Translations under genes and position numbers: made by a program
The notes under the pieces: model-generated
What the model saw: the letters and a program-made list of their open reading frames with translations, nothing else
Databases searched by the model: none
What the model was told of the DNA's origin: nothing
Assembly (NCBI GenBank): GCA_963976765.1
Contig: CAXBME010000015.1
Location: 124,001-188,000 of the forward strand
Reading direction: 5' to 3'
DNA length: 64,000 bases
Origin: an uncultured Planctomycetaceae bacterium
GTDB taxonomy: Bacteria; Planctomycetota; Planctomycetia; Planctomycetales; Planctomycetaceae
Part shown: positions 1 to 12,036 of the stretch, one piece after another
Position numbering within the stretch: position 1 is the stretch's first letter
How the letters are laid out: each line of letters starts with the position of its first letter

Positions 1-1129
<1,129 letters not shown>

Positions 1130-1394
1130 TCAGCACGTCAATTCACGCAACTGCCAGCCGGCGATCCTCGCCTGCCAGGACAGCAGCGGTCTGAAAATGG
1201 CAGAATCTGCCACTTGAAGCCTTCGTGAGCCGCGAGTTGTAACAAAGTTTGACGCTGAATTCTCCACTCACGCCAGCACAGCAGACAGTCGGAGCCAATA
1301 TCCCAATTCGAACAAAGAAATTCGAAGGAGGGCGACAAACTGGATTCGCTTCAGAATTCGTCATTCCGTGTTCGATATTCAGCGATTCGCTGCT

Positions 1395-1419
1395 GTCGGG
1401 CGGGCACCGCCCACCCGAC
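1395..1419. repeat. REP-like palindrome GTCGGGCGGGCACCGCCCACCCGAC
   Basis: Imperfect inverted repeat just past the aldehyde dehydrogenase stop. A related copy lies at about 29932-29952. Confidence 0.6.
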
Positions 1420-1430
1420 GATTACTGCGA

Positions 1431-3005
1431 TTACTGATTTCCCTGTCGCCAGTTTCCGTCTATGTACCGCCAGCAGGTTTTGTTGGGGGCTTCGTCTCGG
1501 AGGCTGGCCGGCAGACGGTGAGGTCGAATTCCATCATAGGATTGCAGCATCGAATACCGGTAAATGGATTGCGGCATACCCACAGCCGTGAACACGGGAT
1601 GTCCGGTCGCGGGAAACGGGCCGCCGTGGTTCATTGCCGGAGAAACCGCGACCCCCGTCGGCATCTTGTCGTTGAGCAACCGACCAACCTTCGTCCGCAG
1701 GGCCGGAACAATCCGATCGTAGACCGCGTCGTCGGAGCCGTCCGCCGCGCTGTAAATGCAACCGGTGAGGTTTCCTTCGAGCGACTCAGCAATCTGCTCG
1801 GCCTGAGCAGCGTCCGTCGCGATCACAAAAAGTGATCCGTTGCCGAATGCTTCGGCCTGAAGTGCTTCCGGGTTTTCCAGAAACTTCGCACCGGCGACTT
1901 TCAGCAGCGTATTCCGGCAGGAAAATCCGGTTCCGCCTCCGGATTCGCCACCCGCGATCAGCTCCGCGCCGGCTTTCTTCAGCGCCGCAACTCCCGAAAG
2001 AAAGCTCTTCTGGACGGCTTCGCTGAGAAACGTCCCGACCGGTGCCGCCGAGAATTTTTCGGCAACCGCCGTCACAAACGCGTCTGTCTTTTCTCCAGCC
2101 AGCAGAACGACCATGCCGGGGTTCGTGCAGAACTGACCGGTGCCCATCAGACAGCTTCCAGAAAACTCACCGGCAATTTCGTCGGACCGCTCAGTCAGCG
2201 CGCCGGGTAGAACGAAAACCGGATTGATGCTCGACAGTTCGAGATAAATCGGATTGCCTGCTTTGTCGGCCGCTTCCTTCAGTCGAAGTCCGGCGGACCT
2301 CGAACCGGTGTAGCCGATGGCTCCGACGTCGGCGTGGCCGACAAACCGGCAGCCGTCGTCGTGGCTGGTTCGATAAATCAACTGCACGAAGCCGGCAGGC
2401 ATATCGGTTTCCTGAGCGGCGGCGAACGCCTCTTCGGCCAAAAGCCGAGTCGTGCCAGGATGAGAGGAATGCCCTTTGGCGATGACCGGATTTCCGGCGG
2501 CAACGGCGGCGGCAAAATCTCCACCAGCAACACTGTTAAAGGCGAACGGAAAATTGTTCGGACCAAAGACGGCGACCGGGCCAATTGGGCCGTGCATCGA
2601 TCGGATGTTGTTTTTCGAGTCGATCGTTGGGTTAGCCCAGGATCCTTCGCGAGCGGCCTTCGCTGCCTGGCGGAGCTGATCCGTCGTGCGAGGCAGCTCG
2701 CCATCTTTCAGTCTCGGCGAAACCGGCAATGCCGTTTCCTGGTTTGCCATCGCGACGAGTTCGTCGGCTTGCGCTTCGATCCGAGCGGCAAAGCATTCCA
2801 GGAACGCCGCAAAACGTTCCCCCGACCAGCCTCGCATCTCGCGAGATGCTTCGCGTGCGGCGACGATTGCCTGTTCGACTTCTTCCCACGGGCTGACCGG
2901 ATAGTCGCCGTCGATCGGTTCGCAGGTCGCTGGATTCACCGCCTGGAAATTTTGCGAACTACTGGACGCTCGCCATTCGCCATTGATCAGAACGTTGTGC
3001 AACAT
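1431..3005 (-). CDS. NADP-dependent aldehyde dehydrogenase (alpha-ketoglutaric semialdehyde dehydrogenase-like)
   Basis: Motifs GPNNFPFAF, GGDFAAA, KGHSSHPGT, YTGS, ELSSINP, catalytic GQFCTNPG, and PTGVAVSPAMNHGGPFPAT. Start placed at MLHNVLING (ATG 3005). Confidence 0.92.
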   Translation of the reverse strand: MLHNVLINGEWRASSSSQNFQAVNPATCEPIDGDYPVSPWEEVEQAIVAAREASREMRGWSGERFAAFLECFAARIEAQADELVAMANQETALPVSPRLKDGELPRTTDQLRQAAKAAREGSWANPTIDSKNNIRSMHGPIGPVAVFGPNNFPFAFNSVAGGDFAAAVAAGNPVIAKGHSSHPGTTRLLAEEAFAAAQETDMPAGFVQLIYRTSHDDGCRFVGHADVGAIGYTGSRSAGLRLKEAADKAGNPIYLELSSINPVFVLPGALTERSDEIAGEFSGSCLMGTGQFCTNPGMVVLLAGEKTDAFVTAVAEKFSAAPVGTFLSEAVQKSFLSGVAALKKAGAELIAGGESGGGTGFSCRNTLLKVAGAKFLENPEALQAEAFGNGSLFVIATDAAQAEQIAESLEGNLTGCIYSAADGSDDAVYDRIVPALRTKVGRLLNDKMPTGVAVSPAMNHGGPFPATGHPVFTAVGMPQSIYRYSMLQSYDGIRPHRLPASLRDEAPNKTCWRYIDGNWRQGNQ

Positions 3006-3107
3006 GAGGTATCGTCTTTCAAGAGGAACAGCCGAAGCCTGAAGGCTTTGATCGATCAAGCCTACATTCTTCGGCCGAAATGGGCCGACCGAAATGCCAA
3101 GCAGCTA

Positions 3108-6100
3108 CTACCTGGCCGGGCGAGCTCCAATGTAATTTTTCGTATTCAGCTTCGGCCCGCCAACATTGGCATAGCCGGTACTTTTCTTCAGTGTCAGGAA
3201 GTCTGGACTGTTTTCGTCCGTCGATGAAAACTCGATCGACGGCACTCGCTGATGGTCTCGCCCAATAATTTCGCGTTGCCCGGCCTTAACATCGGCGGCC
3301 TGCCTGCGGTCAGACCAGTTCTGATCCACGCCGCCGCCGGCTGCCGAAAACACACTGTCAAACTTCTTGTCATCAAAATCCTTTTCGACAAGCAGTTCTG
3401 GACCGTTCACCTGAGCGAAGAGATTTCGGTGGATCACCAGTCCGCCCGAACCGGCCAGGCCGCCTCCAGCCACTGGCATCTGATTGATGATCATCCCACC
3501 GCGGCTGCACTTGTAAAAGGTCGTGTTGAGTACCTGGACATCTTTCAGAGTCAGCGGTCCACCACGAAACTCAATCCCGACCCCCGCATCAGCGATGATA
3601 TTTTCTCGCATTTCAACGTAGTTGACGTCAGATTCGAACAGGAGACCTGCATCCTGCGGCCCCAGCATTCGGCAGTTGAGCAGCTTAATTCGACCAGTAC
3701 CGTTTTCACCTTGCGTAAAGTGAATGCCGGCGGTGGTTGTGCCGGAGCCTCGCAGGTCAATCTTCTCAAGAACGATTTCGTCCTGACTGAAACCGAGTGC
3801 TCCCTTCATGGCGATGCCGACTTTTGAAAAGCCTGTCACGTTCAGATCTTTCAGCGCGGATCGATTCAGATATCCCGACATCTCGATCGCGACATCTTTT
3901 CCGGAAGCATCAACATCGAATCCGACAATGCCGAGGTTCTCGACACCAACCAGCCTGATCGCCGGGCCGCTGCCGGAAGGCACCAGTTTTGCTCGCCCAA
4001 CTCCGCTGGAAAGGATCTGAATTCCTGGCGGGTAAGCACTGCCCGAGTTGTCGACGACGATCGCTTCGTTGTAAGTCTCCCCGCCGATCACTTCGACTTT
4101 GCAGCTCGTGCGGCGCGAGCCGGTGTCGTATCGCGACTTGTTCTTTTTGAGATAATCGAGGGCGGCCGCGATTGTCGAGAAGTCTCCGCCCGGTCCGACC
4201 TTGATCGTTGATCCCAGTACTCTGCCGCTGCTCCCACCAACCGCTGACGACTTCCCTTTACCTGCCGACGAATTTCCCGCCGATGAGCTTTTTGATTTCG
4301 AGTCGCCGGACGCTGTCTTCTTTGAGCTGGATTTGGCGTCGCTGCCGCCGGTGAAAGCAAAGTACGCTCCGACGCCAGCGACCAGCGCAATGAGAATTCC
4401 GGCGATGATGGCAACCGGAGGCTTCTTCTTCGCGGACGATCTCGCAGCCGATACCGGCGGCTGCGCATAACCGGTCTCGGCGGCAAACTGGGATGGCGGT
4501 GCGCCGAACGCTGGCGTTTCGGTCGGAAACGCGGGCAGTGCCGACTCTCCAAACGTCGGTGCCGATGCGGCAGGATCAAAAAGCGGAGCGGGCGATGCCG
4601 ACTCAACTCCGGGAAACATTGGAGCTTCGTCGGCAGGAGCTGCAAATGTCTGAGGCGAAGCAGGCGGCGGCTCGACGGGCGACGTCAATTGCGGAGCAGC
4701 TGGTACGGCAACATCCGCGATTGGAGTTCCTGGAAAAACCGGAGCGTCGTTCTCAGCCGGCTCGAATGAAAACTGTTCAACGGGTGGAGCAACCGGCGCA
4801 GTAACAACGGGCTGCGCTGCCGGCACGATGTCGTGATTCGCATCGCTTGAAGGCTCGATCGGATTTACGAGCGTCGCGTCGGATGGAATTTCGGTGGGAG
4901 TGTTTCCGGACGGGACGTAGTCCTGAGTCTGCTCCATCGCTGACATCGTTGCTTCAGCAGGATCGTCCACCCCGACAACGCCCTTTCCTGTCGGAGTTCC
5001 ACCAAGCAGGCTGGGATACGCTTCTTCGTCATCGTTCCCGATCGGTGCCGGCAGAACGGAAGCGTCAAAGTTCGCCAGTGGTTCAGCCGCTGGCGACTCA
5101 TCGTCCCAGCCCAGCAGATCGTCTGTCGCTACTGCTTCGACCGGTGCTGATTCGGGTAGAGTCGCCGGTTCAAACACCGGCGCAGCAACCGGAAGATCTA
5201 CGACTGGTTCCGGAATCACTTCCTCAGCAACTGGCACGGCCTCAGCGACCGGCACGACATCGTCGGCGTCAGCAGTGGACTCAACGGCGTCGGGCTGAGC
5301 GGCATCGGACTCTGTGACGATCGGCGAGGCTGGCGTTGGTTCGGCAAACGCTGGAGCACCAGCGTCACTGCCACCATCAAAACCGGCGAGGAATGCTCCA
5401 AACCCGGGATCAGCTCCGTCGTCGGAAGCCGGTTCCGGTTCGGCAGGAGCCGCTTCAACAGGAGCAGCCGCAGCAACGATCGGGTTTTCAGGGGGCGATG
5501 CCACCGGATGCGAAACGGGAGACGCCACCGGAGGCGAATCCGATGATACCGGAACCGGCGGTGCCGCAGTGGCTTTGGCAACATCCGGCGTTTGCGTTTC
5601 CAAACCTTGCAGCTGAGCGTCACCGCCGGTTACCACCTTTGCCACCGGAGCGGCAACATTCGGTGCAACCGCTTTGGCGACCGGGACGGCAACAGCTTTC
5701 GCCACAGGCAAAGCTCCCCCGGAGGCTCCAGCATCGGACTTGAAAAACGCGTCCGGGTGAGCGTTTCGCCAATCAGCAGTCGCGTAAATTTTCAACCAGC
5801 GCGCGAATGCCGTGGCCACTTCACCCATTGTCTGAAAACGCTCGTCGGGCTTTTTGGCCATCATGCGGTGGACAATTTTATCCAGCTCCACACCGCGTGG
5901 CGTGTTTCCGATCTCCGGACGTTCTCCCGCCAGTGCCGGCGGCTCTTTAGTCTGATGAAACATCAACCGCTGAGTCAGCGTCCCCTCCCGAAACGGCGGA
6001 TAGCCAGTCAACGCGAAGTACGCCGTGCAGCCGAGCCCGTAAATGTCGGCTCGATGGTCGGCAGTGTGACTGTCCATGGCCTGTTCAGGGGCGAGGAAGT

Positions 6101-6842
6101 CCGCAGTCCCCAGAACTTTTTCGTCATGAGCAAGCGTCAACGGATTGTCGTCCGTGACTTCGGAAAATCTGGCAAGTCCGAGATCCAGAACTTTCACCAC
6201 TTCAGAGCGGTCGATCAGCAGATTTCCAGGTTTTACGTCGCGGTGAATCAGTCCGTTCTTATGAGCATTTTCGAGTCCCAGCGCGGCCTGCCGGAAAAAC
6301 TCGGCGGTATCATCCAGTGACAACGGGCCTTTGTCCTTGACGCAGTCGTGGAGACTTTCGCCGTCGACATATTCCATCACCAGGAAATGAATATCCTTGT
6401 CACCTTCGGTCTCGTGGTCGATATCGTAAGCGCGAACGATGTTCGGATGATCCAATGACGCCACCGCGCGAGCTTCACGATGAAAACGTGCCAGGTACGA
6501 CGTGTCTTCGACCCGTTTGATCGGCAGCACTTTGATCGCGCACTGACGACGCATCAGCACATGTTCGGCCAGGTAAACCGAACTCATCCCGCCTTTACCG
6601 AGCAACCGCCGGAGCCGGTATTTTCCGAGCGTGAAACCTTTGTGTTTTCCGCGAAGCAGTTTCTCAGCCTGCCACTCCGTCAGCAGATCCCGTTCAACCA
6701 GAGAGTCGGCCAGCGATGACGCTTCCGCAACGTTGTGCCCCTGAGCTTCCAGGCTGTCGACTTCACGTTGCAGCCGATCCTCTTCCACGAGGCCGCTCTG
6801 CTGGATCAGACTGAGAAATGATTCGGCGCTGATTCTTGACAT
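3108..6842 (-). CDS. Membrane Ser/Thr protein kinase with long acidic Pro/Ala linker, TM helix and C-terminal parallel beta-helix (pectin-lyase-like) domain
   Basis: Kinase motifs GKGGMSSV, CAIK, HRDVKPGN, DLGLA, GTADFLAPE. TM segment VAIIAGILIALVAGVGAYFAF. The C-terminal region starts VGPGGDFSTIAAAL and has beta-helix-like periodicity. Confidence 0.9.
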   Translation of the reverse strand: MSRISAESFLSLIQQSGLVEEDRLQREVDSLEAQGHNVAEASSLADSLVERDLLTEWQAEKLLRGKHKGFTLGKYRLRRLLGKGGMSSVYLAEHVLMRRQCAIKVLPIKRVEDTSYLARFHREARAVASLDHPNIVRAYDIDHETEGDKDIHFLVMEYVDGESLHDCVKDKGPLSLDDTAEFFRQAALGLENAHKNGLIHRDVKPGNLLIDRSEVVKVLDLGLARFSEVTDDNPLTLAHDEKVLGTADFLAPEQAMDSHTADHRADIYGLGCTAYFALTGYPPFREGTLTQRLMFHQTKEPPALAGERPEIGNTPRGVELDKIVHRMMAKKPDERFQTMGEVATAFARWLKIYATADWRNAHPDAFFKSDAGASGGALPVAKAVAVPVAKAVAPNVAAPVAKVVTGGDAQLQGLETQTPDVAKATAAPPVPVSSDSPPVASPVSHPVASPPENPIVAAAAPVEAAPAEPEPASDDGADPGFGAFLAGFDGGSDAGAPAFAEPTPASPIVTESDAAQPDAVESTADADDVVPVAEAVPVAEEVIPEPVVDLPVAAPVFEPATLPESAPVEAVATDDLLGWDDESPAAEPLANFDASVLPAPIGNDDEEAYPSLLGGTPTGKGVVGVDDPAEATMSAMEQTQDYVPSGNTPTEIPSDATLVNPIEPSSDANHDIVPAAQPVVTAPVAPPVEQFSFEPAENDAPVFPGTPIADVAVPAAPQLTSPVEPPPASPQTFAAPADEAPMFPGVESASPAPLFDPAASAPTFGESALPAFPTETPAFGAPPSQFAAETGYAQPPVSAARSSAKKKPPVAIIAGILIALVAGVGAYFAFTGGSDAKSSSKKTASGDSKSKSSSAGNSSAGKGKSSAVGGSSGRVLGSTIKVGPGGDFSTIAAALDYLKKNKSRYDTGSRRTSCKVEVIGGETYNEAIVVDNSGSAYPPGIQILSSGVGRAKLVPSGSGPAIRLVGVENLGIVGFDVDASGKDVAIEMSGYLNRSALKDLNVTGFSKVGIAMKGALGFSQDEIVLEKIDLRGSGTTTAGIHFTQGENGTGRIKLLNCRMLGPQDAGLLFESDVNYVEMRENIIADAGVGIEFRGGPLTLKDVQVLNTTFYKCSRGGMIINQMPVAGGGLAGSGGLVIHRNLFAQVNGPELLVEKDFDDKKFDSVFSAAGGGVDQNWSDRRQAADVKAGQREIIGRDHQRVPSIEFSSTDENSPDFLTLKKSTGYANVGGPKLNTKNYIGARPAR

Positions 6843-7116
6843 GGTGACTCTTGCGCGAACTGTGCGGCATGATTGACCGCGAGTTCGAGCCAGGCAATCG
6901 GAAGAGTTTCCGAGGACGAATTCTTCGCGGTTAAAGGCGCTAAACTACCAGCCAGTTCAGCGGCTTTCCAGCTACCCTGGTCACTTCGGCAGTCTCGACG
7001 CGGCTTTCCACAAGGCTCGAACAAATCGGTCGGACACCTGAAGGACGACCCAGTCTCAAAATGGCGGCACACTCCCCGCGACGCAGGTCCGGCGGACGAA
7101 GTGCGGAGTACGTCTG

Positions 7117-8229
7117 CTACTTTTGCCAATCCCCAGCTGCAGGGCGCCCAAGCCGATATTCGACAAAAGGAGCCTCGCAGGGATTCCCGCTCGCAATGTG
7201 GAATCGCCCCTGATTCGGCTCGGCGATGATCGCGGCGACCGTCCGGCCGTAATTTGGCAACATGCCGTCGCCCGGCCCTCCGTGCGGATGCCTGCAAATG
7301 CTGACGGGATATCCGTCATGGTCGGCCAGGATCGACTTCATCATGCTGACGTTGAGCCGCCCGGCATCCTTTTTGATCAGACTGCGAATCCGATCGAGCC
7401 TCGCAAACGAATCCGGCAGGGTGGCCGCGTGATTTTCCGGGCACGAGTGAGGCGTACAAAGAAAATGATTCGAGTGAGCGATGAAACCTTCGCCGGTGTC
7501 GCTGATTTCCGTCGGACCATCTGCGGTCAACTCGACGTCAAGAATTAAACCCGAGCCGTCGCAGAGAACGTAATTGCCGCTTGAACAAACCGGATAACTG
7601 CCCATTAAACTGCGAACTGCTGCGAGATTCTGTTGCTCAAGAATCAGACGTTTAAGTGGATAGTGCGAAAGCCCCGGACGCCAGGGTGGGCCTCCGCCGA
7701 GTGAATTCGCAAAGTGAGCAACACCGCACTCGTTCAAGCCGTGATAACCGAGCATCCCTCCAAAGGTCCACATAATGACCTCAGGACGACCTTCCGGCTG
7801 CAGATGCAGCACGTAGGCAAAGTCTCGCACCTCGTCGGCCATGTCACTGGTCTGGCCAATCAACGTTTCACCGTTGGCCGTAACGTCCGGCCCCAGCACA
7901 AACGTCGTACACGCTTCGGATAAATAACCAGCCAGTTCACCGCGAAGCTGACAGGCCAGCGCCGAATCGGGTTTGATTCCGGCTCCTTCCGCCAGGCCGC
8001 TCACTTCTTCCATCAGGTGGGAACAGTGACGATTCAGCAGCGGCAGGAAAGTTCGAGCCTTTCGTTCGAGCTGGGACTGCGTCATTTTGAACGTTTCGCA
8101 CATCCAGCCGACGAAGCCAGCAATTTTTGTTCGAGCCTGCTCGCCATGCTGCCGCCCAAGTTCTCGCGGAGAACCAGCCGCATCAATCAGCGGATACCGA
8201 AAAGTGTTTTCATCCAACAGCCGAGACAT
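7117..8229 (-). CDS. C45-family Ntn hydrolase/acyltransferase (isopenicillin-N acyltransferase-like)
   Basis: GSPRELGRQHG N-terminus, autoproteolysis site EA|CTT, GQTSD, GLNECG, HSNHFL, DSFARL, GNPC. Confidence 0.88.
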   Translation of the reverse strand: MSRLLDENTFRYPLIDAAGSPRELGRQHGEQARTKIAGFVGWMCETFKMTQSQLERKARTFLPLLNRHCSHLMEEVSGLAEGAGIKPDSALACQLRGELAGYLSEACTTFVLGPDVTANGETLIGQTSDMADEVRDFAYVLHLQPEGRPEVIMWTFGGMLGYHGLNECGVAHFANSLGGGPPWRPGLSHYPLKRLILEQQNLAAVRSLMGSYPVCSSGNYVLCDGSGLILDVELTADGPTEISDTGEGFIAHSNHFLCTPHSCPENHAATLPDSFARLDRIRSLIKKDAGRLNVSMMKSILADHDGYPVSICRHPHGGPGDGMLPNYGRTVAAIIAEPNQGRFHIASGNPCEAPFVEYRLGRPAAGDWQK

Positions 8230-8519
8230 ACCAGCTCCAGCGAACCAGCAACTGACGAGCCAGCCTGTTCGCTCAATTAATCAAAATGGAGAATTTTGTC
8301 TCTGCAAAAGCCGTCGCGAGAAGTCGTTCACCGGCCTGAAGGCAAGTTCGACAACGCAACATTCGGAAGCCAATGACCTGCAAGTCGCTAACCGAAATTT
8401 CCACAGTGGACCCAGGATCATACCGGTTTCAATCGTCCTGACGATCAAGCAGCTCCGATGCGATGCTTTTTTATCGTGGACTGTAGAATTCCATGCAGAT
8501 CGACCAGCCCGATCTCAAT

Positions 8520-9233
<714 letters not shown>

Positions 9234-9617
9234 TGGTGAATTCCTCAGTAGGGTGCGTCTTGACGCACCATTTTTTCGCTGGCGCGTCGAGACGCACTCT
9301 TTAACCAAAGCCAGCCAATGAGAACACGGCAAGTTGCCTGCTCGTTCGCTACCATTCACGGATCTGCAATTCCTGTCGGCTTGCCACTGATGATAAAGAC
9401 ATAGCCTCCGCAATACTTGTCTTCGATACCGTGTCGACACGCCATCGGCCAGGAAGTCATCCCGACGGGCTTATCGCAACGAAAAGTCACTTACCGAGCC
9501 AATTATCCGACGTTCAAAGCCGATTTGCCTCGCGAATTCGTACTTTCGTGATACCGGAGACTGGTGATTGCAGACGATTTCGTGTGCAATCCCGACGTGC
9601 AGGAATGATTTACAGTA

Positions 9618-10844
9618 TTGGAGAGTTTCTTGAGTCAGTCAGATACCCCGGCAGGTCCCCTGTTTAAGGACCTTGGTCTCAGCGACACGATGTTGAAATC
9701 CCTGAAGAAAATGGGATTCGAATCACCCAGTCCGATTCAGGCCGGGCTCATCCCCATTGCCCTGACCGGCAAGGATTGCATCGGACAGGCCCATACAGGT
9801 ACAGGCAAGACTGCATCGTTTGTAATTCCCGTTCTGGAACACATTGATTACGACTCCAAACGGCCACTCGCGCTCATTCTGACGCCGACCCGTGAACTCG
9901 CTGAGCAGGTCGCCAACGAAGCCCGCAAACTGTCAGCCAACCGGAAAGTCGGAGTTGTAGCGATCGTCGGTGGAAAATCGATCCGCACGCAGGTCGACGA
10001 GTTGAACCGCGGCGCACAGATCATCGTCGGAACTCCGGGGCGGGTCATCGACCTGATGAACCGCCGCTCGCTGGATCTCTCCACGCTGGATTTCGTGATC
10101 CTCGACGAAGCTGACCGCATGCTCGATATCGGCTTCCGCCCGGACATCGAAAAAATCCTTAAGCGATGCCCGGCTGAACGCCAGACTTTGCTGCTGTCTG
10201 CGACGCTGCCGCCGCCGGTCGAACGGCTTGCTCAGAAGTACATGAACGAGCCGGAGATGGTCGACCTGTCTCAGGACGCAGTCGTCACCCGGCAAATTGA
10301 GCAGTACTACATCACGGTCGACGAAGACCGAAAATTCCCAACGCTGGTCCGGTTGCTCGCTCAGGAACGCCCGCAGCAGGCGATCGTCTTCACTCGAACC
10401 AAACGCCGAGCCGACGAGCTTTACAACAAGTTTCGCGTCAAGCTGCCGAGTGTTGAGACACTGCACGGCGACCTTCAGCAACGGAAACGCGACAGCGTCA
10501 TGAAGCGCGTCCGTGCGGGCGAGGTCAAACTGTTGATCGCCACCGACGTCGTAGGACGAGGCATCGACGTCAGCGGGATCTCGCACATCATCAATTACGA
10601 CGTGCCGGAATTCTGCGACGACTATGTACACCGCATCGGACGAACCGGTCGACTGTCATCTGACACGCCGGGCATCGCCATTCTGTTCGTGACTCGCGAG
10701 CAGGGCGACGAGCTGACCCGTATCGAAATTCGAGTCAACAACATGCTCGACTCGTACAAGATCGAAGGTTTCGAGCCCGCTCGCCCGGTCGCTCCGACAA
10801 AAGTCGCCGACCGCACCGGCCCGCGAACCCGCTTCGGTCCGTAA
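9618..10844 (+). CDS. DEAD-box RNA helicase
   Basis: Q-motif GFESPSPIQ, TGTGKT, PTRELA, GTPGR, LDEAD, SAT, GRGID, HRIGRTGR. Confidence 0.97.
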   Translation: MESFLSQSDTPAGPLFKDLGLSDTMLKSLKKMGFESPSPIQAGLIPIALTGKDCIGQAHTGTGKTASFVIPVLEHIDYDSKRPLALILTPTRELAEQVANEARKLSANRKVGVVAIVGGKSIRTQVDELNRGAQIIVGTPGRVIDLMNRRSLDLSTLDFVILDEADRMLDIGFRPDIEKILKRCPAERQTLLLSATLPPPVERLAQKYMNEPEMVDLSQDAVVTRQIEQYYITVDEDRKFPTLVRLLAQERPQQAIVFTRTKRRADELYNKFRVKLPSVETLHGDLQQRKRDSVMKRVRAGEVKLLIATDVVGRGIDVSGISHIINYDVPEFCDDYVHRIGRTGRLSSDTPGIAILFVTREQGDELTRIEIRVNNMLDSYKIEGFEPARPVAPTKVADRTGPRTRFGP

Positions 10845-11039
10845 TCCAGCAGCCTCTTTGCAAACGCAAACCGCAGGACAGCTCCGCGCCGACACGCTAC
10901 AAATGGTGTCCAGCCTGCTGGTCACGCCCCACGATCAAAAACATCACAGCGTCTGGATGATCGCGCGACAGAGCCCACCAGATTCAGAGTGCTCGTCGTA
11001 CCTGGGGATGAACTCGCGGCGTCCTCGATGGATAAAACC

Positions 11040-11303
11040 ATGATCACAGTCTTCATCCCGCCACAGTTTCGCAGCCTTACCAACGGTGCTGAGAGCGTTG
11101 AGGTTGAAGCGTCGTCCGTTCGACAGGCGATCGCTTGCCTTGACGAGCGTTTTCCCGGCATCGCCGATCGTCTTTGCACGGCGGATGAACTACGCCCCGG
11201 ACTGAGCGTCTCGGTCAGCGGGCGAGTCAGCGGACTGGGGCTGTTTCAAAAAGTCTCGCCCGGTGGCGAGATTCATTTTCTGCCTGCGATCGGCGGGGGG
11301 TAG
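11040..11303 (+). CDS. MoaD/ThiS-family ubiquitin-like sulfur carrier
   Basis: About 87 aa with a beta-grasp pattern (VFIPPQFRSLT...EIHFLPAIGGG) and C-terminal di-glycine. Confidence 0.88.
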   Translation: MITVFIPPQFRSLTNGAESVEVEASSVRQAIACLDERFPGIADRLCTADELRPGLSVSVSGRVSGLGLFQKVSPGGEIHFLPAIGGG

Positions 11304-11324
11304 TCGCTTGTTTCGCTTGAGTAA

Positions 11325-11342
11325 GCCGCTGCTGGCTTGCCC
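11325..11342. repeat. Partial copy of palindromic repeat arm (GCCGCTGCTGGCTTGCCC)
   Basis: Exact 18-nt match to the reverse complement of the repeat arm at 15870-15899. Confidence 0.6.
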
Positions 11343-11386
11343 GGTTGCAACGCACGATCAGAACTCGCTTGAACCAGAAATGCGAA

Positions 11387-11420
11387 AAGGCCTCGCAGCC
11401 CAAACGGGATGCGAGGCCTT
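11387..11420. terminator. Probable bidirectional intrinsic terminator
   Basis: AAGGCCTCGCA-loop-TGCGAGGCCTT hairpin between the convergent MoaD-like and tadE genes. Confidence 0.75.
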
Positions 11421-11450
11421 CTCAGTCTCTCTTCTCATACACAAGCTACG

Positions 11451-11894
11451 CTACTCGTGTCTCATTGAGCTTTGTGCCGACAGATTTTTCCCGTTGAGAT
11501 AACTCCCCGGCACATAGCTGACTTTGTCGAACGGAACGGAAACGTTCACGGTCACGAGGTCTCGCGCCTGAGCGTTCTCAATCAGATCGTTCGGGTCATC
11601 GTTTCCTGGAGCGGCATCGACAGTGATGGTCACCGTGACGTCGCTGGCTGCCACATTGATCGAGTCGTTGAGGAACCCCTCGACCCAGGTTTCGACATCA
11701 TTATTTGTTGAGCCGTCGATAATCCCAAGCCGAGTCGCCTCCCTGGCCGCGTTGGTCACCATCTGGCTGACCATCATGGCTCGTCCGAATTCGACGATAC
11801 CAAGAACGACGGCGAAGAAGATCGGCAACACCAGTGCCATCTCAACCAGGGCCGCGCCACGGCGGTTGTTTCGTCGATTTATTAGCTGTTTCAT
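11451..11894 (-). CDS. tadE: TadE-like pseudopilin
   Basis: RRG|AALVEMALVLPIFFAVVLGIVEFGR prepilin motif with E+5, and AAREATR. Confidence 0.9.
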   Translation of the reverse strand: MKQLINRRNNRRGAALVEMALVLPIFFAVVLGIVEFGRAMMVSQMVTNAAREATRLGIIDGSTNNDVETWVEGFLNDSINVAASDVTVTITVDAAPGNDDPNDLIENAQARDLVTVNVSVPFDKVSYVPGSYLNGKNLSAQSSMRHE

Positions 11895-12036
11895 AGTTTG
11901 ATTCCTCCCGCCAGAACGGTAGCTCATGAAATCTGCGACGTCGGAATCGGCGACTACGGTAGCGATGATTTCAGCTCCTGCTCCTTCAATCCTGCAACGT
12001 TGCCACAAATGTCACGTTATGCCGGTGGCTGAAACC

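Noticed and set aside
7117..8229. Beta-lactam biosynthesis cluster
   Set aside because: C45 hydrolases are widespread, and there are no ACV synthetase or IPNS genes nearby.
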